A stretch of DNA of 64,000 nt, taken from positions 32,001 to 96,000 of IMG/VR virus record IMGVR_UViG_3300020048_000023. One strand, 5' to 3'. Positions 26,351 to 36,101 of this stretch are shown in pieces. A model generated the notes under the pieces. It ran no database searches. It saw nothing but the letters and a program-made list of their open reading frames with translations, and was not told the origin of the DNA. A program made the translations under genes and the position numbers. Source of the DNA: a virus. Every line of letters begins with the position of its first letter. Position 1 is the first letter of the stretch.

Positions 26351-27172
26351 ATGTCAACATTAAAACCAACATTTAAAGACTGGGTTATACGAACATGGTT
26401 AGAGTTAAAATCAAACGTTAGGTATATTCTGGGTATTAAAAGGAAAGGCGCTCTTGTAGTACCTACCGAGTATAATCAGGTTTTTTCAGACGACTTTACC
26501 ACGCCATATCAAGCTAATTGGGACACTGGGGCTGAATGGGGTATACCGCCTTATCACACGTCTTACCTCAAACAGTGGTACGATAATGCCCAGATAAATC
26601 AAAATACCGATGGTTTTGTTGGCGCGATATTTAATGCTGTAATGAAGCCACAATATTTCCCAGAGATAGATACTACGATTCCAGTTGCCATTGGGGTAAT
26701 GAGGACAAAGGGTTCTTGGAAATACGGTATATTTACATTTCGCGCAAAATTACCTAAAGGAACGTACTTATGGTGCGCATTATGGCTGAGCGGAAGATGG
26801 AACTGGCCGCCCGAAATTGACCTCAACGAGTCATATTCTGATGATACCGTAGACTACCATAAAAATAAGGAACTAAAATCCAATGTGCATATAAGTGATG
26901 GAACTGGCGGGAGTATTTCAGCTGGTGCAAGAACTCATAGGTTACCGAATAAGGTAACACAGGATTATGTTGATTATACTGTATGGTGGGAAGCCGATTT
27001 CATCAAAATATACTACAATGGATACTTAGTTAGACACATAACTGACAGACGTATTCTTGACGGTATGTTTGAAGAACAGCGTATTATTATTGGAACTGGG
27101 GTACAGGAAGGCTTTGACACCGACAACTTAGAACCTATGGCTGTACGTCACGTGAAAGTGTATCAAAAATAA
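26351..27172 (+). CDS. Glycoside hydrolase family 16 protein
   Basis: FSDDF; KYGIFTFRAKLP; LWCALWL; catalytic WPPEIDLNE. Confidence 0.88.
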   Translation: MSTLKPTFKDWVIRTWLELKSNVRYILGIKRKGALVVPTEYNQVFSDDFTTPYQANWDTGAEWGIPPYHTSYLKQWYDNAQINQNTDGFVGAIFNAVMKPQYFPEIDTTIPVAIGVMRTKGSWKYGIFTFRAKLPKGTYLWCALWLSGRWNWPPEIDLNESYSDDTVDYHKNKELKSNVHISDGTGGSISAGARTHRLPNKVTQDYVDYTVWWEADFIKIYYNGYLVRHITDRRILDGMFEEQRIIIGTGVQEGFDTDNLEPMAVRHVKVYQK

Positions 27173-27219
27173 ATTTGGTTAATCCAAAATTAGGTTGTAT
27201 CTTTGCAAAAAATAAGACA

Positions 27220-27474
27220 ATGACTAAAGCTGAATATTTCAAACAGTTTCGCATTGACGTGATCACCAACACTGTGTTCATTTCAAGCAAAAATTTTCAG
27301 TTCGCCTTCACGCCAGCCGACAGCTTGGTAAAGGAAGAATACATCGGCAAATACCGATATATTGGCGGGCTGCAATGCGATCACGACTCAGAATCAGAAG
27401 AGTATAAACGCTTGGAAAGATGGCTGTGTGAATTAGCAGAACAGACATTGTTAACGATCACAATGCTCAAATGA
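27220..27474 (+). CDS. Hypothetical protein
   Basis: ATG after the promoter at 27174-27205. Confidence 0.55.
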   Translation: MTKAEYFKQFRIDVITNTVFISSKNFQFAFTPADSLVKEEYIGKYRYIGGLQCDHDSESEEYKRLERWLCELAEQTLLTITMLK

Positions 27475-27695
27475 TCAAACTACCAGACCCGCATATTGCC
27501 GCGATAAAAGTTGTCGCTGTTATAGAGAGTTGCACTACAATGACTCAATTTGAGGCAGCCCGAGAAATGTATCGACGATACAACATATTATTCAGAGGCT
27601 CTTGGGATTGGATTTATAATGATGAATTTCACGAAGCATTAAACGAAAAATACTTATATCTTAAACAAAATGTTGACGTACAAGGGAAAATATAA
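27471..27695 (+). CDS. Hypothetical protein
   Basis: ATGA overlap. Confidence 0.55.
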   Translation: MIKLPDPHIAAIKVVAVIESCTTMTQFEAAREMYRRYNILFRGSWDWIYNDEFHEALNEKYLYLKQNVDVQGKI

Positions 27696-28890
27696 CGAAG
27701 CCGTAGTGTATACGGATAACATCGAAGAAACCGCTGCATCGCAGTTAATCGAATTGTGTAGCCAAGAATTTATGTCTGGCTCCAAAGTTCGTGTTATGCC
27801 TGACGTGCACGCTGGTAAAGGCTGTGTTGTCGGTACTACATTGACCATCGGTGAAAAGATTGTCCCGAACTTAGTCGGCGTGGATATAGGGTGTGGTATG
27901 CATACAGTTAAGCTGGATGTACGTGCTCACGAAATTGACTTGGCTAAACTGGATAAGAATATCAAGAAGTTCGTACCGTTGGGAACCAGCGTGCGTAACG
28001 TGCCGTTCTTAAAGTACTACAACCAGATCAAGGACGAAATGGAATCTATGGCTTCGGCTGCCAATGTGGACTTAGTGCGAGCTAAGTTGAGTATGGGTAG
28101 CTTGGGTGGTGGTAACCACTTCATTGAGCTGGACGTTGACGACGACGGGTACGTGTACCTTGTTATCCATACTGGTAGCCGTAAGGCTGGTACCCAAGTA
28201 TGTGAATTTCACCAAGATTTGGCTTACAAGCTGTTAAAGCAGCGAGGTAAGGAAAAGAGCCAGCTTGTTGATTCGTTGAACTCACAGGGTCGTCAGAAGG
28301 AAATTCAGGCTGAGTTGAAGAAACTTGCGCCAGTTACGAATATCCCAAAAGCTCTGGCTTACTTGGAAGGTGATCAACTGAAGGCTTACCTGAATGATAT
28401 GGGCGTAATGCAGAAGTATGCCGACTTGAACCGTAAGGCTATCGCTGAAACGATTATAGTTGGTATGCGTTGGAAGGCGGTGGCATCGTTCACTACAATC
28501 CATAACTACATTGACTTGGATACTATGATTCTGCGTAAGGGTGCTATCTCAGCTCAGAGCGGTGAACTGGTACTTATCCCAATGAACAATGAAGACGGAT
28601 CGTTGATTTGTACAGGTAAGGGTAACCCAGATTGGAACTTCTCGGCGCCTCACGGTGCTGGTCGTTTAATGAGCCGTTCAAAGGCTAAGGCTTCCTTATC
28701 CTTAGAATTGTACCAGCAGGGGTTGAAGGATGCTGGCGTATACAGTACGACTGCCAACCAATCAACCTTAGACGAATCGAAGCAGGCTTACAAGCCAATC
28801 GACGAAATCATGGCTAACATTGGCGATACCGTAAATATCGTCAAGCGTATCAAACCTATTTTTAACATCAAGGCTGGGGACGAAGATTAA
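27670..28890 (+). CDS. rtcB: RtcB family 3'-phosphate RNA ligase
   Basis: MPDVHAGKG, VGVDIGCG, GSLGGGNHFIE, IHTGSR, HNYI, RKGA, SAPHGAGR. Confidence 0.96.
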   Translation: MLTYKGKYNEAVVYTDNIEETAASQLIELCSQEFMSGSKVRVMPDVHAGKGCVVGTTLTIGEKIVPNLVGVDIGCGMHTVKLDVRAHEIDLAKLDKNIKKFVPLGTSVRNVPFLKYYNQIKDEMESMASAANVDLVRAKLSMGSLGGGNHFIELDVDDDGYVYLVIHTGSRKAGTQVCEFHQDLAYKLLKQRGKEKSQLVDSLNSQGRQKEIQAELKKLAPVTNIPKALAYLEGDQLKAYLNDMGVMQKYADLNRKAIAETIIVGMRWKAVASFTTIHNYIDLDTMILRKGAISAQSGELVLIPMNNEDGSLICTGKGNPDWNFSAPHGAGRLMSRSKAKASLSLELYQQGLKDAGVYSTTANQSTLDESKQAYKPIDEIMANIGDTVNIVKRIKPIFNIKAGDED

Positions 28891-28911
28891 TCCCCAGCTT
28901 TTTCTTTTCTT

Positions 28912-29142
28912 ATGAAGCTAAAACCGCTTAAAGAGCAGCCTATTGTTGGTGAAATTAAAAAGACCAGCGACGAATGGTATAAAGAATTGTACCCGACAGG
29001 TGAGTTTATTATATATGACCCAGATGGGTGGGATCGCCGAAATTACCATTATTCTTATTTCGAAGAGAAGATTACAGTAATGGAATTTACTGGCAGGGTG
29101 ATGCGCTCAACCTGTTTACATAGCCCTCGCACAATAGAATAA
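28912..29142 (+). CDS. Conserved small phage protein
   Basis: IYDPDGWDR motif typical of a small phage family. Confidence 0.6.
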   Translation: MKLKPLKEQPIVGEIKKTSDEWYKELYPTGEFIIYDPDGWDRRNYHYSYFEEKITVMEFTGRVMRSTCLHSPRTIE

Positions 29143-29196
29143 ATTTGGTTTTCTCATTTTTATTGTTTATCTTTGCTGAACTTTAATAAAACAAGT

Positions 29197-29694
29197 ATGA
29201 CAAACGTAAGACCTCATGGAGTTATGACTACACGAAGTGGCGATTCCATTGACTTAAATAACCCTAATGTCGATCCAGTTAGTATTGATGATGTAGCGCA
29301 CAATTTATCACATATTTGTCGTTGGGGCGGCAAACCAGAAGATTATTTTTCGGTTGCCGAACACTGCGTAATGGCGGCTGAAAGGGCGCCAAAGCATAAA
29401 AGGCTTGGTATATTGATGCACGATTGTGAAGAGTCAATACTTGGTGATAATATTCAACCGCTTAAAGAAGTTATTCCAGAACTGGTTGAATTAGGTGATA
29501 AAATCCGCCGCCTATTACTGATCAAATTTGAAGTGCCGTATGACCCAGAATTAGTTTTGGTTCTGGACAAACAACAGCTTGAGTGGGAGCGGTTTAATAT
29601 TATAAAACACCAAAACCATGTAGGGTTACCGCCTAAAATAGCTAAGGCGTTATTTTTAGGTAAATTTCAAGAGTATAAAGAGTATGTAAAATAA
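29197..29694 (+). CDS. HD-domain phosphohydrolase (YfbR/5'-deoxynucleotidase-like)
   Basis: DVAHNLSHICRWGG..FSVAEH..LMHDCEE..GD. Confidence 0.85.
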   Translation: MTNVRPHGVMTTRSGDSIDLNNPNVDPVSIDDVAHNLSHICRWGGKPEDYFSVAEHCVMAAERAPKHKRLGILMHDCEESILGDNIQPLKEVIPELVELGDKIRRLLLIKFEVPYDPELVLVLDKQQLEWERFNIIKHQNHVGLPPKIAKALFLGKFQEYKEYVK

Positions 29695-29698
29695 AAAT

Positions 29699-31144
29699 AT
29701 GCCAGCAAGTAAATTTAAGAGTAAACCTAAAAAGGGTGGGGTAAATCATTTAAAAGCGGCGTTTAAGACTACGGAAGTATACGAAGATATACTACTGGAA
29801 TTACAACTAAGTCAATACAAAGCTTTCGACGAGATTATCGAATTTTTCGACCCGAAGAATAAGAACAAATTTATGTTACTTAGTGGTAGTGCTGGAACAG
29901 GTAAAACATACCTATCTGGTAAAATTGCTGACTACCTTAAAAAAGCTTATTTTTGTAATATTCTACTATGTGCCCCGACCAACAAAGCAGTTAAGGTACT
30001 TAGAAAAACGCAGCATATCAAGTCTACTTTAGATTTTATGACTATTCATTCGGCTCTCGGGCGACAGGTCTTCATAGACGATGATGGTAAGGAAATTTTT
30101 ACTAATCAAAAGGTTGAATCTATTAAGATAAACAACTATGATTATGTTATAGTGGACGAGGCTTCTATGATTGACGACGAGCTATTTCATATGTTATTAA
30201 CCGAAATAAAAGATTATCAGATTAAGGTATTATTCGTTGGTGATAAAGTTCAAATACCGCCTGTTAACTATCCTGAAAGTATGGTTTTCAAAGAAGAAAC
30301 CAAGGCTGAGTATAATATCAAGGAAGTTGAGCTTACAGCTATCATACGTCAGCACCACGGCAACCCTATTATCAGCTTTGCTAACAAGATCAAGCATGGA
30401 CTGGAAAACCCAAAGATTATTTCTGAGTTAACCTGTATGCCCGAGTTCCAAAATGTGTCACAGATAACCTTTATGCATAAGCAGAAGGAAGCTCTGGTCA
30501 GCGTAATCCGTAAGTATTTCCTTACGGAAGAGTTTGATCAGGATGCTGACTACTGCAAGGTACTGGCGTGGACGAATACACGTGTCAATAAATTCAATAA
30601 GATTATCCGTAAAATGAAGTACGGCAAGGACGCCGAACAGTTGGTTATTGGCGAAAAGCTTATATTTGACCGCCCGTGGTTGGTACACCGTAAAATGATA
30701 TATGGGACAAACGACGAGATTACTGTACGTGGTTTTGTTGATGGTGAGTTGAATGTATTTGATAAAACCTTTGAGTACTATGATACAAAGGTTAGCAGAG
30801 AGGGCTCCGATACAATTGAAAGTTTAAGCGTACCGATACTCAAAGAAAAGTGCTACCCAGACTATTTTGCGGTTAAGAAATACCTTACTGATCAGGCTTA
30901 CCTGTACCCAAAAGGTTCGCAGGAGTTTAAGGGGTGGTTTGCCACTTGGTATACCTTTCGAGATAAATTTGCCGCAATCAAATACAACTATGCTATTACG
31001 GTACACAAGTCGCAGGGCTCTACGTACACCAACGCCATTGTCGCCAATTACGACATAAACAACAACCCGAATTTGATCGAGCGTAACCGAATAAAATACA
31101 CGGCGGTTACCAGACCCAAAGATAAATTATTCATAATCGTTTAA
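29699..31144 (+). CDS. dda: Dda/RecD-like SF1B DNA helicase
   Basis: GSAGTGKT, APTNKA, TIHS, VDEASM, GDKVQIPPV, YAITVHKSQGST, YTAVTR. Confidence 0.9.
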   Translation: MPASKFKSKPKKGGVNHLKAAFKTTEVYEDILLELQLSQYKAFDEIIEFFDPKNKNKFMLLSGSAGTGKTYLSGKIADYLKKAYFCNILLCAPTNKAVKVLRKTQHIKSTLDFMTIHSALGRQVFIDDDGKEIFTNQKVESIKINNYDYVIVDEASMIDDELFHMLLTEIKDYQIKVLFVGDKVQIPPVNYPESMVFKEETKAEYNIKEVELTAIIRQHHGNPIISFANKIKHGLENPKIISELTCMPEFQNVSQITFMHKQKEALVSVIRKYFLTEEFDQDADYCKVLAWTNTRVNKFNKIIRKMKYGKDAEQLVIGEKLIFDRPWLVHRKMIYGTNDEITVRGFVDGELNVFDKTFEYYDTKVSREGSDTIESLSVPILKEKCYPDYFAVKKYLTDQAYLYPKGSQEFKGWFATWYTFRDKFAAIKYNYAITVHKSQGSTYTNAIVANYDINNNPNLIERNRIKYTAVTRPKDKLFIIV

Positions 31145-31161
31145 TCCTAATCTTAACAACA

Positions 31162-31896
31162 ATGCCTAACAAATTCAGAACCCGACTAAAAGAATCCATT
31201 GTGCACCTATTTGGCGGCACTGTAATTCAGGACTACGGCGCAACGCTAAGTAGTAGCGAGTCGCTAAGTGACAACTTCCTGTTCGACTTCAAACAGGGCT
31301 ACAGAACCAGTTGGAATGGCGGCGGTACCATTGCCGTTAACGGTCAATACAGCAGTGGTGAACCATTTACACCGCCTGCAAAGATCATTATCAAACCTAT
31401 TGACGTGATCAATGAGTTGCAGACCGTACCCACCCCGTTCGATGTAAACTATCTGGACGAGAAAATTTCGGTGTTACAAGCTAAATCTGAGCTTATTCGC
31501 CAGACCTACGCAAAGCAGGAAGTTACAGCTCTTATTGAGCGTTTAACCAACCGCAAGCAGTATGCCGAAAACAAAGCGTTTTTCGACAAATTTGAAAACA
31601 CCACTCAGGAAAAGATCGACGAGTTACTGGCTAAATACGCCTTGGAAATGCACCCGTCCGATATTTTTGTACCAGAGTTCCCAGACGATGCTATCAAAAT
31701 AATGAAGGACTACACCAAGAAGGTAAAAGCCATTTCTGGTAAGAGCCCTGTTTATTACGTGATAGCTGAGCCCGCTGATTTCCGTAAGGCTTACGAGAAA
31801 CGCGATCCGATCTTACTTGCTCAAAGTCCGTTCGGTTTCTACTACCAAATTTTGGGTGCGTGGGATAAAGAAATGCTAATCTTATCAGAGCTATAG
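31162..31896 (+). CDS. Conserved phage protein
   Basis: 244 aa; C-terminal DPILL..YYQILGAWD.E motif. Confidence 0.65.
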   Translation: MPNKFRTRLKESIVHLFGGTVIQDYGATLSSSESLSDNFLFDFKQGYRTSWNGGGTIAVNGQYSSGEPFTPPAKIIIKPIDVINELQTVPTPFDVNYLDEKISVLQAKSELIRQTYAKQEVTALIERLTNRKQYAENKAFFDKFENTTQEKIDELLAKYALEMHPSDIFVPEFPDDAIKIMKDYTKKVKAISGKSPVYYVIAEPADFRKAYEKRDPILLAQSPFGFYYQILGAWDKEMLILSEL

Positions 31897-31985
31897 TAAA
31901 ATATTTTATAGTAAATTTGGTTTTCTAAAAACCGTTTACTATATTTAAGGCAAAATAAATAATATAAACTTAAAAATCAATTACA

Positions 31986-32531
31986 ATGAAAAAATTTGAT
32001 GTAGAAAAGTATGCCAGTGTGTTACAAGTGGTATTAAACAAGTTAAACACCAGAAAAGGTGAAAAAATTGCGTGGAAAGAGTTCACCAAAACCAATAAGG
32101 TTAGTAGTTCTTTTGGCACCGCATTACAGCGAATAGGGCTGGTTGAGAAAATGGGCGATGGTAAATGCCGCAGCAACACCAGCGTTAATTATATTAGCCG
32201 CAAAAATGCTGTTTCTATCGCAACCGTTATTAATGATAACGATATTCTGAGCAATCTTCAAAATGATGTTGTGCTTGGAACCGCGAAAGACGCCATCGCC
32301 AAATTGGGTATACTGAGGTTACAGGATAAAGCCCCTAAGGTTAAAGTAGTCAAACCTGCACAGGCAATGCAACCAATGCAACCAATGCAACCAATACAAG
32401 CAGCACAACCAGCACAGGCTCCGCCGCCAGTTGTAGTAGCTAAAGCCACGCCGCTTTACCTTCCTGACCTGAGTAATTACAGCACACAGGCATTATTAAC
32501 AGAAATAGGCACAAGAATAATTTCAAAATAA
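31986..32531 (+). CDS. Hypothetical (possible DNA-binding) protein with a Q/P repeat linker
   Basis: Basic N-terminus; 9-bp tandem repeats encoding MQP at about 32365-32400. Confidence 0.6.
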   Translation: MKKFDVEKYASVLQVVLNKLNTRKGEKIAWKEFTKTNKVSSSFGTALQRIGLVEKMGDGKCRSNTSVNYISRKNAVSIATVINDNDILSNLQNDVVLGTAKDAIAKLGILRLQDKAPKVKVVKPAQAMQPMQPMQPIQAAQPAQAPPPVVVAKATPLYLPDLSNYSTQALLTEIGTRIISK

Positions 32532-32611
32532 TTTGGTAGTTCCAAATATTAGTTGTATTTTTGCCGTTCTATTAAAAAAGAAAACTTTGTTTAACCTAAA
32601 ACTTTAACGTT

Positions 32612-33394
32612 ATGAAGCAAAAGCTCAACACCCTCTTAGCATTGCGGGAGAAGTTCGAAACGACTTTTAAGAATGCACTCAACGACCTTGTAAACAAATT
32701 CAAAAGTGAGCAAGGTTTATTCCAAGGCACACGTAAGACATACGAAGCCCTTGACAGTTTTGCTGATGAACCTAATAAACGTGTTTTTCGTAAGGTTGCT
32801 TCAACCGTACAGGAACAGCTGGATTGGTTCAGAAAGTATAATACTGAATACCTGAAACAACTCTTTACCATTGAGAAAACCAACGGTTCTGGTTTGGCTA
32901 AGGCTGAGCTTACCGTAGGCGGAACATCGTGGGGCGAGTTCACCTCAACCGAATTACTCCGTTTGAAAGGCTTTCTGGAAAACAACCAGTTGAAAGCTAT
33001 GTACAACACCATTCCTGTTCGTTCGGAAACCACCCTGTGGAAACCAACCGCCGACGACATTTACGCCGACCGTGGCGGAAAAATCTTCGAAGACACAATC
33101 GACGAAGGTTTCGCAAAAACCACGCTGAAAACGCAGTATATACTTACTGACCCACACCCTGACGCAAAACGCGCCCCGATTGTAGCCGACAAAACCGAAC
33201 AGGTAAACATCGGTCACTACACATCGCAGGACTTTTCAGGCGCCGCTTCCATCCGTGAACGCGCAGAAATGATCGCCCGTCTGGATTTGCTCCACAAGGC
33301 TGTTGTTGAAGCTCTTGAAAAAGCCAATGACGTTGAAGTTGTTGAATCAGTACTTGGCGACAAGCTGTTCAGCTACATTCACGACGGCAAATAA
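32612..33394 (+). CDS. Conserved coiled-coil protein directly upstream of a structured ncRNA
   Basis: 260 aa with its own promoter (32532-32563); motifs KLNTLLA, G.RKTY, FSGA, EKAN. Confidence 0.75.
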   Translation: MKQKLNTLLALREKFETTFKNALNDLVNKFKSEQGLFQGTRKTYEALDSFADEPNKRVFRKVASTVQEQLDWFRKYNTEYLKQLFTIEKTNGSGLAKAELTVGGTSWGEFTSTELLRLKGFLENNQLKAMYNTIPVRSETTLWKPTADDIYADRGGKIFEDTIDEGFAKTTLKTQYILTDPHPDAKRAPIVADKTEQVNIGHYTSQDFSGAASIRERAEMIARLDLLHKAVVEALEKANDVEVVESVLGDKLFSYIHDGK

Positions 33395-33514
33395 AAGTAT
33401 GTTGCTGGGGTAACGATCCAATCTGTGTCGGGTCATAGTCGATATAGCAGAAAATGAATTAGACTACCAGCAACATCTTTTTTACTTTTACAGTTCTTAA
33501 AAATATTGAAAATA

Positions 33515-33810
33515 ATGCTCAAGCATCAATGTTAGCTTAACTAAACCGTGATATTAACTTTACTTGTTAATGTCGTTGAGCACTAACATAAGCTTGAGAT
33601 TTATCCATTGATGCTACGAAATCACACTCAGGCAGTAAGGTCGTTTGTTCAAATCAAATCGAGCCCTCAAATAATAATGAAAATATATGGGCTCGGGGTG
33701 CGGGGGTTGCACGTACTGTAGTCTTGTTAGCATAAGTTTTCGTAAATGCATTGATAAACATTGATCGAAAGATCAGTTATGCCTTAGAAGCATAATACAT
33801 ATGTTAAACT
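33515..33810 (+). ncRNA. Y-RNA-like ncRNA with a circularly permuted tRNA core (33633-33718); outer ends approximate
   Basis: Order: CAGTA, T arm GTTTG-TTCAAAT-CAAAT, acceptor CGAGCCC-loop-GGGCTCG, D arm GTGC-GGGGGTT-GCAC, TACTG. Flanks pair (TACGAAA/TTTCGTA, TTTATC/GATAAA). Confidence 0.7.
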
Positions 33811-33849
33811 TCGGTAGGTGTCCACAGGATATAAGGGCACCTACCATAC

Positions 33850-33926
33850 GCGGGTCTGAAGGCAATTGGTTAGACCTATAGGAAGCACGGTTCCTATGCG
33901 TGGTGGTTCGAGTCCACTAACCCGCA
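33850..33926 (+). ncRNA. tRNA-like RNA without a canonical anticodon loop
   Basis: Acceptor GCGGGT/ACCCGC; D loop AATTGGTTAG; 7-bp ATAGGAA/TTCCTAT stem with a 6-nt loop; T arm GGTGG-TTCGAGT-CCACT. Confidence 0.65.
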
Positions 33927-34042
33927 CTTAATTTAGCGTCGATATAAGAACTGGTGGGGATTTAATCCCCCCAGTTTTTCCATTTTAGGATAAATTTGGT
34001 AGTGTCAAATATTAGTTGTATCTTTGCTGAAACTTTAAAACA

Positions 34043-34699
34043 ATGAGTAATTTAAGCGCAGTAGAAAAACAGGTAAAACGTGATGCAGAACGCAGACGTG
34101 CTAACGACAAAGCCGATGCCAGAGCGGAAGAGCGCGAATACCAAGCTTCGCTCAGAAGTATGCCTTGGAGCGACAGAATCGAAAATACTATTGAAAGTGG
34201 CAAGGGTGGTCGGTTCCTTAATTGGATATACGACACATTCTTTGGCGCTGAGTGCAATATGCCGAGCCACAAGCGATCTTCATATATAAAACGTCAGACT
34301 GATGCCCAAAAGCTGGCTCTTGCCGAACGTGTAAGGAACTTGGCTATTAAGTATGATACCACAGCGGAAAACGTTGTGCTGAGCTATTTTCGGATGCTTG
34401 GTGAGTACGTCGAATTAAAGCGTATGGGTTCCACCGCTGATCAGGGGTATATTTTGAACCTTAAAAGACAGCTTGACGAACTCTTTGCTGGTATGCTTAT
34501 TGCACCGTTACTTGAACTCGGTATACCTTATTGGATTGAAAGGGATTGGATAGCCTGTACCCGCGTTAAAAGCGAAGCCCAGTATCACTATGAAATTGAG
34601 CGGCGTAAGAACACACCAAACCATAATTTCGGTGAGGCGCCTAAAATAGGGTACAACTGCACATCTTTTTTGCGTGAGGCGGGATTTAAAGAAAATTAA
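34043..34699 (+). CDS. Hypothetical protein
   Basis: ORF after the promoter at 33995-34026. Confidence 0.65.
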   Translation: MSNLSAVEKQVKRDAERRRANDKADARAEEREYQASLRSMPWSDRIENTIESGKGGRFLNWIYDTFFGAECNMPSHKRSSYIKRQTDAQKLALAERVRNLAIKYDTTAENVVLSYFRMLGEYVELKRMGSTADQGYILNLKRQLDELFAGMLIAPLLELGIPYWIERDWIACTRVKSEAQYHYEIERRKNTPNHNFGEAPKIGYNCTSFLREAGFKEN

Positions 34700-34759
34700 T
34701 ATTTCCTTTTTCTTAATAGCCTGTATATTTGTGGTATAAAAACTTAAAATTTTACCACA

Positions 34760-34972
34760 ATGGGAAGATTAAAATTATTCCAAGCGGCAGTTGTCTGGCA
34801 TCCAGACCTTAATAAAGAGGAAGAAGAAAAAATGGACTCCATTATTCTGGTTGAGCCGTACACAGTGCTCGAAAAAGACGACAAAACTCTCGCCTATAAA
34901 CTCGTAAGAGCTCTGGACGAAAAGTACATTGACCAAATGAACCAAATCGAACTCATTATCCGCCCTTTTTAA
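34760..34972 (+). CDS. Small conserved phage protein ending in IRPF at a slippery site
   Basis: 70-aa ORF; ends CGC CCT TTT TAA. Confidence 0.75.
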   Translation: MGRLKLFQAAVVWHPDLNKEEEEKMDSIILVEPYTVLEKDDKTLAYKLVRALDEKYIDQMNQIELIIRPF

Positions 34973-35361
34973 CTTGGGACTTGATCTTAGATGGCAGCCC
35001 TTGGTTCAACCCAGCGGGGTTAACATTAGGAAGCGTGGGTAGAAATGGTTGTAGTGGTATGGCTGGAACATCAGGCACATATGGTGTAGGGGCAACTGGT
35101 TCTGTTGGAGCACAAGGCGTAGGCGGTACAAGTCGTATAGGCTATGCAAGTTCACCAACCTTAGACTTCCACAACAATAGTGAATATCTTATGGACGTAA
35201 GCGCCTTCCAAGGTCTGAATGAAGAATCCACACTAACGTATGCGAGCGGAAACGTACTATGTAGTGACGTTATAGGAAACGCGGTCTGGTCAAGTCCCCA
35301 ACAAAATGCAAGAGTCAGCAACTTTTACAATGCGGCTGATGTTTTTTCGAACAAAATTTAA
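34963..35361 (+). CDS. Gly-rich -1 frame extension of the preceding gene (putative programmed frameshift product)
   Basis: The -1 frame is open from CCCTTTT to TAA 35361; it has no convincing start of its own; a terminator follows. Confidence 0.55.
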   Translation, partial: PFLTWDLILDGSPWFNPAGLTLGSVGRNGCSGMAGTSGTYGVGATGSVGAQGVGGTSRIGYASSPTLDFHNNSEYLMDVSAFQGLNEESTLTYASGNVLCSDVIGNAVWSSPQQNARVSNFYNAADVFSNKI

Positions 35362-35429
35362 GCAAGAAGCCCCAGTAATATGGGGTTTTTTGTTATTGTA
35401 TTTAAGTATTTATATGAAAAAGCAACGCT

Positions 35430-35990
35430 ATGATTGACGATGTTAGAAAAATGATTGATAGGGTAAAGCTTATTAATGAGAATATTGACGCTAATGGTAA
35501 CTCGGCGGTCAATTTTGTGTACCAACAGCACCCTGAATTGGCTAAGATAGGTACACAAGAACAGTATTCTCGGTATCTTGGCACTATATTTCCAAGTAGT
35601 AAAATAAAGGATATTGTTTACCATAGTAGCCCTGAAAAAATTGAAAAATTCAGGGAAAATATGTTCGGTACGTATTTTGCATATTCACCTATACAAGGTA
35701 CTTATGGAAATGTTGTTAATTGCGTACTTTTGAATGTTACAAATCCGTTAATCATACCAAAATCAGAAGATAGCTCAGAAACAAAAGAACTCTATAATAA
35801 AGAATACAGGGCTTATAACAACCCGTCTTCTTTCTCCCCAGAAGGAATTAGATCATATAAGTACGATGCAAGTATTGAACGATCTACTGTAACCAAAGAA
35901 GGGATTCAAATTACAGTTAGAAGCCCAGAGCAGATTTACATACTGGGTTCGCAACAAGATATAGCTGGATTTACCAATTTTGTAAGGTAA
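35430..35990 (+). CDS. Putative ADP-ribosyltransferase-fold (ART-PolyVal-like) protein with a helical leader
   Basis: IVYHSS..F..GTYFA..YG..LNVTNPL..YDA.I..V.SPEQI; TATTTAT upstream. Confidence 0.55.
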   Translation: MIDDVRKMIDRVKLINENIDANGNSAVNFVYQQHPELAKIGTQEQYSRYLGTIFPSSKIKDIVYHSSPEKIEKFRENMFGTYFAYSPIQGTYGNVVNCVLLNVTNPLIIPKSEDSSETKELYNKEYRAYNNPSSFSPEGIRSYKYDASIERSTVTKEGIQITVRSPEQIYILGSQQDIAGFTNFVR

Positions 35991-36101
35991 TATTTTTGTT
36001 TTAAAAAGCGTGATAATTAAAAATATCATGTGAAAATGTGATTTTATTTGTATTTCTCATTTCTTTATTGTATATTTGCGGCAACTTTAAATACAATTAT
36101 A

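Noticed and set aside
9595-32420. Short 9-bp in-frame tandem repeats (KAF x3 at about 9596; MQP x3 at about 32365)
   Set aside because: They are ordinary low-complexity coding repeats with no sign of phase variation.
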